Shown: in pieces, positions 34,240-46,122 of the stretch
How positions within the stretch are numbered: position 1 is the stretch's first letter
Layout of the letters: every line of letters starts with the position of its first letter
NCBI RefSeq assembly: GCF_006345805.1
Contig: NC_043017.1
Span: forward strand, 3,782,001 to 3,846,000
Length of the DNA stretch: 64,000 nucleotides
Source: Octopus sinensis
Taxonomy: Eukaryota
Direction: 5' to 3'
Made by a program: the position numbers and the translations under genes
Notes under the pieces: model-generated
What the model was told of the DNA's origin: nothing
Databases searched by the model: none
What the model saw: only the letters and a program-made list of their open reading frames with translations

Positions 34240-37235
34240 CTGAAAAGTGAAAAAGATTGAATATAAAACAATGAATAGACAGAGATTCATGCCTAAAGAG
34301 TTTAGGCTTCTCCAAAATAAAATTCTTCTAATGTAATAGCGATGACACATTTTAGTCTGTGTATAACGAAACTATTCACAGGAGTTTTGTGGTCAGAATA
34401 TTTTCTCTCCTCCTTACATTAACAAGTTAAAATGAAACATTCCATTAGTTATTTTGACTACACTTCATTTCTCTCTGACACTGAGTGCTTTTAACCCTTT
34501 AAATATTAAGTGAATTTGACAATTAAATATTGAACTTATGACAGCATAACAGATTCTTTCACATTTTTCTTTCCGTAAATAAAATATGTTCGTGTTATGT
34601 AGGATGGTATGTCAGAGATATTTGGCTACTATTGGTAGCAAACCAGGGTAAATAACAACGTTGATATTATCTCATTCACTAACGAAGTGCATGGAGTACC
34701 CAAAAGATATAGTGGAGAGGAATGGGAGAGAAAGTGTGTGTTAAATCAAAGAATTAGGTGACCTTACCTTGCCCTTGTCGTCTTTCAAAGTAATTGTCGA
34801 TGCCAAGGCCATTGAAGACCATTCAGCGACTGATGATACAATGCCACCTTGACCAGAACCGTGTTTTGATCCCCAAACCTAAAGATGGATATAAAGGAAT
34901 TGATTATAATAACATTATCAACAATAATCAAAAATGTGAACACGAGGTTTAGTCGATTACATGGACTCCAGTTTTTCACTTGTACTTTATTTTATAAACT
35001 CGAAGTGGTGGACGGAAACGTTGAATACGGCAAGATTTGAAAATGCGAAAAAAAAGAGCCAAAAACAAATGCCAAAGGACATTTTTGGGACACCCTAACG
35101 ATTCTGCCAAGGCAAAATGGATGAAACATTATTGAGAAGGTTGTCAGTTGATGTTATCATCGTCAGTACGTAAATAGTAATTTATGCAATTTATCAACCC
35201 GAGATAAGGTAAGGTAAAATAGACATTAACGGGATTTGAACTAAGACTGTGAAAAAGTAGAACGAATATTACTTGGCAATGTGTCCACGGCTCTAACAAT
35301 TTTGATTGAAGACAAGGATTAGCAACTGTTTTCTTGTCCGTCGTTTCTGCAGTCGACAAAGAAGTGGCATCCATTTCGAATTAACTGCTAATGGTTTTAA
35401 AGTAAGGGATATAGGCACAGCTTGGAAACATTCTTAGCAACACGGCTGCAATGTAACTGAATCAACATCACCACCCTCGTGATCATCATCATCATCAGCA
35501 GCAGCAGCAGCAGCAGTAGGAGCAGCAGTAGCATCATCACCCGCATCATCATTGTCATCGTCATCTTTACCATTTTCACGTCCACATTTGCATGCTCACA
35601 TGGGTCAGATGTAATGGAAATAAATTAGCAGACATATCAGCAACCATATAACTGTGTGGAAGCACTCCGTCGGTTACGAAGATGAGGGTTCCGGTTGATC
35701 CGAATCAACGGAACAGCCTGCTCGTGAAATTAACATGTAAGTGGCTGAGCACTCCACAGACACGAGCACCCATAACGTAGTTCTCGGGGATATTCAGCGT
35801 GACACAGAGAGTGACAAGGCCGGCCCCTTGAAATACAGGTACAACAGAAACAGGAAGTAAGAGTGAGAGAAAGTTGTGGTGAAAGAGTACAGCAGGGATC
35901 AGCACCATCCCCTGCCGGAGCCTCGTGGTGCTTCTTAGGTGTTTTCGCTCAATAAACACTCACAACGCCCGGTCTGGGAATCGAAACCGCGATCCTATGA
36001 CCGCGAGTCCGCTGCCCTAACCACTGGGCCATTGCGCCTCCACAGCCATATAACTAATATTGCTCTAGAGAGCCATGGGACGTGCTGAGTCCCATCAATC
36101 GCTAGATACGAGATTCCATTCTCTTCATTGCTCTGCCTCCACTTTTATCGATTTAAATTGGCGCTTATCATATCTAATATTTAGTTAATATGAGAATAAT
36201 AATGTTATTAAAAACAGCATAAACTTACTTTGACCATATTTTTACCAACAGAAAACACATCACCACTGGTAAATGTATGGACGTTGGTCTTGCCATTTTC
36301 TAGCCTTTGGGTCAATGTCCAGTTCTTTATGTTAGTTGGGCTCTGCAATTAGAAAGAGCAAACACATTATACATTGCAGAAGGAATAACGATGACTATAA
36401 ATTACGTAGATAACGAATGCTATGAGACGTGACAGAGGTTAAATAGATTTCTATATCTATGAACGTGTACGTGTGTGTGTGTGTGTGTGTATGTGTGTGT
36501 GTGTGTGTTTGTGCGTGTGTGTGTGTGTGTGTGTGCGCGTGTGTGTGTGTGTGTGTGTGTTGTGTGTGTGTGTGTGTGTGTGTGATGAAGATTAGTGCGT
36601 CTTCGATGAGGCAATTGGAGCAAGCAGTAGTGTGCTTCTCGTCATGCACACATTATGACCTTTTCAGCGTTGTAACGTATGTATTTGAACATGTTATGCG
36701 ATGCGTTGCATTTGTCACGAAGCCTAATGTAACAACAGAAAGAAAGACACCAAGCTGGACTTACCCTTGCGGACTTAGTAAGGTCCTCAATTTCAATGTA
36801 TTTTCCTCCGGTTTCTAATTCCACGATGCCCACATTGCCGGTTGTAGAGCGACTCATAGTCACTTTACCTTGGAAAGAAAATGTCCATAAGTATGAATAT
36901 TATAAACTGTATACATGCGTGCACGCGTGTGCATGTGCGTGCATGCGCGCGTGTGTATTTAGGCGTTATACATTTAGCTATTGATGCAAGTAGCGAATAT
37001 ATAACAATGTATATACAAATAAGAAACATTATAACCAATAATGATCGTCAGTGTCATTCCAAAAGCTAACTTCTAGTAATCCAGCAATCGCCACTTTCTG
37101 TTGTAACGTCTTGAACAGGTGCTTGTACAACCTGTTACATTGTTTTCTTATAAAGCAAACAGACATAATTAAAGAAGAAAAAACTTACGTTGAAGCACTA
37201 TACATACCCATATACATGCTTCTCTATCTATCACC

Positions 37236-37266
<31 letters not shown>

Positions 37267-38482
37267 AATATTAGGGAATAAATCCAAATTTACAGGGAAA
37301 AAATCAGATTTAGGATTAAATCCAATTTTATAGTAAAATATTATAAAATATTATTAGAGACAAAACTACTATTTTGCAAAACAAACAAGGAAAGACTTAA
37401 TCAATACATAAAATTTTAATAAACATATATATATATATATATATATAATAAAATAAATATAAGAGAGTGGTCACTATATGGCTCACTCTAGCACTAGTTA
37501 ATCCAAAAGGTTTCAACCACAAAAATACATGTTTCCCATGAAAGTCAGTACGATTGTTAGCTCGTGATTGAGTGGATTTCATCCAGATAGTTTTGGCTGA
37601 CGAGCTACAAGTGGATTTTTTGTAAGTAAAATTACATTTAATTCATTAATAGCGAAACAATTGTCCCAAAATAATCTGTATTTTTGTTATTTTTTATTTG
37701 CCCTGTCCTTGTGAGCTAACAATCGTACTGACTTTCATGGGAAACATGTATTTTTGTGGTTGAAACCTTTTGGATTAACTAGTGCTAGAGTGAGCCATAT
37801 AGTGACCACTCTCTTATATTTTTTTTGTAAAAATATTATAATATATTATAAAATATTATAATAATCCAGGTTTCTCGGAGCACTAGGCCACTTGGTGTTG
37901 AATAGATATACTATTAAATTAGTATCTAATTCTCTCACCCTTATTAATTAATTATAATTATGCTACATTTATTTCTAAATGCAGTATTTGTTTTCCGTGA
38001 AAGTTTGGCGCGCTGTTAGTTGGGGCATTTGAATTATAACGTCGGATGTAATCAATTGAACCACACATGTATTTATCGTTATGGTAAAATCTGGCGTGTG
38101 ATTGAGTGGATTTCACCCAGATAGTTTTGGCTGACGAGCTACAAGTGGATTTTTTTGTAAGTAAAATTACATTTAATTCATTAATAGCGAAACAATTGTC
38201 CCAAAATAATCTGTATTTTTGTTATTTTTTATTTGCCCTGTCCTTGTGAGCTAACAATCGTACTGACTTTCATGGGAAACATGTATTTTTGTGGTTGAAA
38301 CCTTTTGGATTAACTAGTGCTAGAGTGAGCCATATAGTGACCACTCTCTTATATTTATTTTGTAAAAATATTATAATATATTATAAAATATTATAATAAT
38401 CCAGGTTTCTCGGAGCACTAGGCCACTTGGTGTTGAATAGATATACTATTAAATTAGTATCTAATTCTCTCACCCTTATTAA

Positions 38483-38566
<84 letters not shown>

Positions 38567-39583
38567 ATGATAAATCTCAGAGCGAGTTATAAACAGTAGC
38601 GGCAACACATCGTGACGTATATTTGCCATTTGAATATGGCTAACCCCGAAGGGTGGATGCTACTGTAGTTTGTAGCCCCAGGAAGACACCTCCTCCAGCT
38701 GGCTATAGACACACTTTCTGTGCCCTATCAGTATTTGCGAAGGGAAGCCATCCTTCCCGTCTGCAACTCATGATACACACGGACTCGAGTTTCAGGGTAT
38801 TGACCCATCATCGGCGTGTGACAATCATAGTTGTCGACGAGAAGTCGGTTCTCTTCACAAATACTTTTCCCAGTATCGATTGACACTATCGAGAAGGTTC
38901 AGGCCTTTGGACATGAGGCTATGAGAAAAACACAAATGAAGGAGTAGTACAACCGGTCCAAAGGTGCGCAGTAATGTTAAACTGATGTGCTTTTTCTGTT
39001 TTTTTTTTTTTTTTTTACTACTGCTGTAATCCATGTATACGCACCACGAGTTCAGACAATTTACAAAGAATACTACCTGGGGATTCTTCGTCGCCTTCGT
39101 AAAGCTGTACTGTGGAAATGACCCGGCCTGTGGGCAGCAGAGAACTGACTACACCATTGCAACGACCCCGCTAACTCTGCCTACGTCAGCCAAGCATTCT
39201 TCGTCAAGCAAAACACACTAATTGTTCGTCAGGGTTCCGACTCCCTACACTTATCTCCTTCTGACATTTGGCTATTCCCAAAGCTAAAAACGAAAAACAC
39301 TTCAAGGGAGAAGATTTGAGTCAACGGAGGACATTAAGGAAAATTCGACGACACATCTATACAGCACCCCAAAAAGTGATTTCCAGAAATGTTCACTGCA
39401 GTGACAGGAACGCTGGTAGAAGTGCATAGATTCCCAAGGCGAATACATTGAAGGAGACTAAATCAAAATAATGATATTTAAAATTTGTTTTCTGTGCCAA
39501 AGGTCTGATACATTTTGACTACATTTTGACCTCGTATTTATTTATTTACGTTGGTATATATATATATAATATATATATATATA

Positions 39584-39635
<52 letters not shown>

Positions 39636-39692
39636 ATATATATTCATATGCATACGCACACATGTATGCATATATACATGTAGTTAAATATG

Positions 39693-39766
<74 letters not shown>

Positions 39767-41277
39767 TATATACTTATATATATATATACTTACATACATG
39801 TATATATTATACAGAGAAAACAAATGCAACTCACTTGCTGCTCCGAGTGCAGCTGCTAGTGCAGACTCAGCCTCTGTTTGACGTCCACTAAAACTGGTCA
39901 TCATTGAAGACACCCTGCAAAAGAAAAATACATTTCATGTAATGGCACAAATGATATGAATGGCTATGTACATATAACGAATCATCGTCTCCAACAAGAT
40001 GAAGTTTGTTTCGTATTTGCTGTCGTGGTTTGTTGAGTTTCAACTTTAGTTTAGCCGAGACAGAAAAGGCTCGTGTTGGGAAAAGGTAATCTCGTCGTTT
40101 TCTTTGTCGGTATTTAATACCCATGTCTGTCCTTGTTTGTCCCCTCTGTGTTTAGCCCCTTGTGGGTAATAAAGAAATAGGTATATATCGTTCAATTTGC
40201 GTTTCTTGCACAAAAGTGTAGCGCGGGAACATATTGAAATCTGGCTGCCTTTTCTATCAGATCTAGCAAACCATGATTTTACAAACCGGGTAATTGTGAT
40301 ATGCGAAATTAAAGATGTCAGTGACTCAGAACGGTAAAAAAATTCAGTCGCTATTTTGTGTGTTTTGGTGTGAGTATTGTTGTGCGTGTGAGTGTGTGTG
40401 TGAGAGCGTGTGTGTATGTGTGTGTGTGCGTACGTGTTAATGGACATGTTTCCCATGTTCATATTGGTTATTAGTGATATTGTGGTGTGATTTGTAGTGT
40501 TGTAGAATAATATGCTGCACTTTTGTTGATGATTTTTAATGTTGAATCTCTTTTTGAAGTATATGCGAGTGATTTCCATTTGTTCGTTATGTGTAAGTGT
40601 ATTACGGTGAGAATAGGGAAGTGGAGGGAAAGAAACGTGGATGTTGTTTGCTATGCAGTTGTGACAATAAGGTGTAGAGCAGAAGATGAAGTTTTGAGCT
40701 GTATCATTGTAGATTATTTATGTAATTCAGTCTTCAATATCAGTAATCTGATCGCTCTACTATTTCGCTATCTGTGAATATCTCATCCCTTTCGGATCTC
40801 TCTCTCCTCCTCTCATTCTCTCACTCCATGTCTCTGTTTCTTCCTTTCTCTCAGCTTTAATGAAATCTAAACGATGGATTCTACCGCGTTTCTTATGCCT
40901 TTTGTCTCAAAAGTGTGTCTACGATTCCATCGGAAGGTGAAACTCACGGAAGAACGGAAAGACTTCCAGAATGTTCTTGTTTAAAGCTAAATATTTATTA
41001 TTTACCTGCTCTCTTCTCCTTCAAGGAGTTTGCGGTACGCTGCAATCTCCAATTCCAGGGACAGTTTAGTATCCATCAAGTCTTGTAATTCCTTCAACAT
41101 TGACTCCAACTCTGAACGCAGGCTAAGAATCTCTTGGTTGTAGTTCGCAGCATCAGTTGCTCGTCCGTTCAGGGCTTCCTCCAATTCAATTTCTAGACCT
41201 CTTATTGTACTTTTCAACTGTGATATCTATAAAGACAAGATAAATAATGCAATTATAAACGAAAAACTATCAAAACA

Positions 41278-41339
<62 letters not shown>

Positions 41340-41685
41340 TCTCTCTATATATATATGTATTCATATATGTGCGTGTGTGTGTGTGAGCGGGGATATATAT
41401 ATATGTGACCGCGTGTGTACCGTTGGTGATTTTTTTCCCTCTGTCTTCCCTTCCCTGGATCTTTCCTTCTCCTATGTTTCCGACGAAGAGCTCCGCTCGA
41501 AACGTTAAGACCTCCTTCTTTCCTTTTTTCCTGGGCGTCCAATAATACTATATTTGTTCCACGTCCTCGCGTTGTTGTGTTTTTTTGTGCTTTCATGTTT
41601 GGATTAACTATATATATATATATACATATATGCATACATGCACACATATATGTATATGTTTGTATATATATATAGATATATACAT

Positions 41686-41775
<90 letters not shown>

Positions 41776-42097
41776 GTAAATCCCCGAAAAAGGAGAACAA
41801 ACAGAGAAAAACAACAACGTGAGGAAGTAGTACATGTAAAGTATTAGCAGACGCTCAGGGAAGGAAAGAAAGATGGTTTAACGTTTCGGACAAAGCTCTT
41901 CTTCAAAAACAGAGGAAATTCCAATACAAACAAAGACGGAGAAAGAAAATCGCCAACGATTCACATGTGGCTGCATTTTGATATATATGTGTTTGAGAGT
42001 GTGTGTGTGTGTGTGTTTATGTGTGTTTATGAGTGTTTATGTACACATCTATCTTTAAACATACATATAAATATACGTAAATGTTCATATCTATCTA

Positions 42098-42155
<58 letters not shown>

Positions 42156-42180
42156 ATATATTCATATCTATCTATATATG

Positions 42181-42212
<32 letters not shown>

Positions 42213-42243
42213 AATATATAAATAAATGTGTGTATTTTCCCTT

Positions 42244-42302
<59 letters not shown>

Positions 42303-42385
42303 CTATATATATGTATGTGTGTGTGCGTGTGTGTGTGTGTATGTGAGTGTGTGCTTCTGAGTGTTTATGTACACATCTATCTTTA

Positions 42386-42423
<38 letters not shown>

Positions 42424-42466
42424 AAGAGAGAGAAATAGATGTGTATATTTTTCCCTTTATATACAT

Positions 42467-42540
<74 letters not shown>

Positions 42541-42584
42541 TACGGTATATATGTGAGTAGGTATCTAGCTACCTCGCTAAATTT

Positions 42585-42674
<90 letters not shown>

Positions 42675-45600
42675 TTATGTAATGTTCCTTACCTGACCTT
42701 CATATGCGCCTACTTGACCCGACATATCGCTTGCTTCCATACGTGAACGCCTGTTTTCAGTCGAGACTCTAGCAGCCGATTCGGGCCTGGCCCCTGCTTT
42801 CAGTTTCTGTAACTATTGAGGATAAAAATAAACTATAATTAATAAACTTTTTTTTTTCACATTTGCCTATGGTGAGGGGAATTTGTTGTGTGGACGCCTC
42901 CAGACGATGAAGTAGGCTAGCCCAATATGTAGATATAGAGGGAAAAGCCTAGACGTCAGTAGACTAGAACAGTTGAGTAGCGGTGAGAGTAGACGAGTAG
43001 AGCAGAGTCGAATAGACGTCATCCGAACGTGCGACATAACAGAATTACAAATGGTTGGAATGTTTTATAAAACTGATGAAGAGGAAACTTGGTTTGAGAA
43101 GGAAAAATTACAGAAAAATCTTTCGACTACCCTTTCATTTTCAAATGATTTGAACGAGAATGAAGGTTTGCCTGAAAACAAAAATGCCTCTCCTTAACAA
43201 ATTCAAATTTCTATACTGTATATTCAGCCTGTTTCCCTAACTTGAAGTAGAGACCTCATTATACTTTTCAAAAAGAAAAAAAATAGCTCAAGATCATACA
43301 TTTTCGAACTGCCTATCATGACTAAATCTGTACCAAAAAATAAATAATAATAATAATCAGAAATATCAGTGCACAACCAGAGAACTGAATAGATTGTGCA
43401 AGACTGAAACAAAAATGATTTCTGCAGTACTTTGTGCACTTGGCTTCCTAAAAAACGAAAAATATTGGAATTGAATCTTGCATTGTCAACAGGCAGATGA
43501 GTACCATCTTGTATTCTTCAGGATGCTTCAGAGTTTACAGAACTTGTAATGTCTAAATAATAATCATTCCTACTGTAGGCACAAGGCCTGGCATTTGGGG
43601 CCAATGGAGTAACTCTTCGTTTTAAGCTATGTTGTTATTTCCACAAATCTCTTTTGCAGCTATATTTTCTAACACTAGACCCTATTTTGTATCCACTTAC
43701 AAACGTGCATGTCGACACGGACTCATTTACAAGTAAAACCGTTCCATCCAAAAATTTACACTGTCATGCGTTTTACACAACTTTTCTAAGTCAGATTTAC
43801 ACAACGTTTCTAAGTCAGATTTACTCTTTATAAATGCAATATCGGAGGCTACGGTTGATGATACTGAGCATCATTTCTGAATTACGAGAGCAAATTTGTA
43901 GAGAGGGTGTTAGTCGAATAAATTCGATCCCCTATTAAGATTCCAACAGTTTTAAAGTTTACAAATATCTTTATTCTTTCTATATATTTCTTTACCTGTT
44001 CTGCATGTCGACATTCCATCGCCCTAGTAGCTTCCTGCAACTGAGCCTCATATTCAGCGCTTAAGTCAGCAACCATACCTCCAATTTCGGCCTTCCATGT
44101 TTCTTGGAAATCGGGCACCTTCTGTGTTTTGGATAACATTGCTTGGTATTCTTTGCATTCCTGCAAATAGTAAGGAAAACAAACCAGTAAGTAGAATGGA
44201 AATAAAGAATTTTTTTTTATTGAGAAATTTTCATATTTTTTTTTGTTGAGAAATTTTCATATTTTTAAAACGTAATGCTAAATAGAAATGAACATATGAA
44301 CATACAAAATTGTTGACAGTAAATTGCTGGTATATATATCTTATTCGGGGCCAGAGCAGGAATGCTGTCAATATTGAACATTTTTAATATCTTATCAAAC
44401 GTGCAAACAAGTGTCAGCTGAAGGGCACATAGGAGTTGTGACCTGGATGCGCCCCGGCCCCTCATGAGCCGAATCACTTGCCTAAGTAGGGTTTCTTCGC
44501 TGAAGACCTTCTGCTGTTCAACTCTCTTGAGAGTTGCTGACCTGTAATAACAGATAGGTGTAACGGGTAATTTGAGAGATAAGTATTCTCGTTAGAGATG
44601 AGTGATCAAGCCGTAGATAATCGCAGATTACTTATCTGCATATGAACCACTGACACTGTGGATGGTGGCCTGCCAACTTGGTCAGATAACTGTAACTGAT
44701 CTCTTGAAAAGTAGTGGGTTTTTATTTATGACTGTGCAAATGAAACTATCTGATTCTCAGAAAGCCTTAAAACATTGTGAAGAAAAATATAACAGAAAAT
44801 AGCTAAAACTATCATGGCAATTATCCTGCAAGAAAATATATCAGGAAAGAGAAAATAAAAATAAAAGCAGCATTACGGCACTATGGACGTCGTTGAGGAA
44901 AGCAAGTTCTTCTTCCAGCATCGCCAGACGGTTTTCTAATTCCAGTCTTTGAGTAGTTTCGCTTTGTAAGTTCTAAAGAAAAGAAAATTACGCTGTTATT
45001 ATTATTTTTTATAAAATATCTTTTACGTAAGTATCGAAAATTCATCCCAGATAGAAGATAAAGTACGAAGATAAGAGAAATGTTATTGGTTCGCAAATGA
45101 AGTATATTCTGTCGTGTTTTGTACAATATCATTAGAAGTTTTGCTATATTTTAATAACCGAACTTTTAGAAATCACAAGATTTTATTTACAGAATGACTA
45201 CGGTAGTTGGCAATGCGATATTCTTTACGGATTTATTAACTGTTTCTAGTTTATCAAGGTGGATTAGGTTCAGTATATGGCTACATCTTGTTTTGTTTGC
45301 TCCATCCATGATCAAGGTTCCCGAGCAAATGCTAAGTGTCATGGCGTCGCTACAAAAGGACATGGAAGCATCTATTCCTTCAAATGGCGGCCAATCTCAA
45401 TTTTGTTGTTAAAAAAGGTACAAAACAATATTGTGTTTTGGCAAAAGCATAAGTTGTACTTTTTCTTTTTTCCTCTTTTTTCTGCAGTATTGCTGGATTG
45501 TGCCATTTTTGATATTGAAGATGTATTGAATATAGAACAACAGGTCGTATCTTCAACCAATGGCTTTTCAAAGCAAGAACTAAAGACAATAAGAGACTAA

Positions 45601-45823
45601 CTTTTTGCAGACGATTTTACCCTTGTTGCTCATACACTTGAGGACATCCAGAACATCAATGATACGCTTGAAGCAGCAGCCAGATGTTTCGGCTTAACTA
45701 TCAGCTTTGTGATGTCTTTGCAGTTTCATTAATTAAACATTACTCTACCTCCAGTATTCGAGTATTATTTTTTCCACCTTGCTTCATATCTATGTGCTTC
45801 CTCCGGTATATACATACATATAA

Positions 45824-45865
<42 letters not shown>

Positions 45866-46037
45866 TGTGTGTGTGTATAGTCAATCGAAACAAGAACAAG
45901 GAAGATAAAACAACAACGCGTGGAAAAGAAAGAGGATTTCACATTTCGAGTGGAGCTCATCATCAGAAATATAGAAAAAATCCAAAGAACGGAGGACAGA
46001 GAAAGAAAATCGCCAGCGATGCACACGCGGTCATGTA

Positions 46038-46083
<46 letters not shown>

Positions 46084-46091
46084 TAAATATG

Positions 46092-46122
<31 letters not shown>

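Larger units (their letters stand above)
37450..38490 (+). mobile_element. Retrozyme-like non-autonomous Penelope-type element with tandem hammerhead ribozymes
   Basis: (TA)n, then an inverted ~112-bp segment (37450-37563), a 534/535-bp unit (37567-38100), a partial second unit (38101-38490), then (TA)n; each unit carries a hammerhead. Confidence 0.8.

Noticed and set aside
35397-35585. Poly-Leu/Met ORF (also 62994-63182)
   Set aside because: Intronic (CAT)n/(CAG)n microsatellite
37071-37131. Possible alternative exon in C intron 7 giving a tail-less isoform
   Set aside because: Weak acceptor, 61 nt with an in-frame stop, no counterpart in B; would need RNA-seq support
37450-38490. CRISPR-like or satellite interpretation of the repeats
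   Set aside because: Eukaryotic context, only two long units, no repeat-spacer pattern
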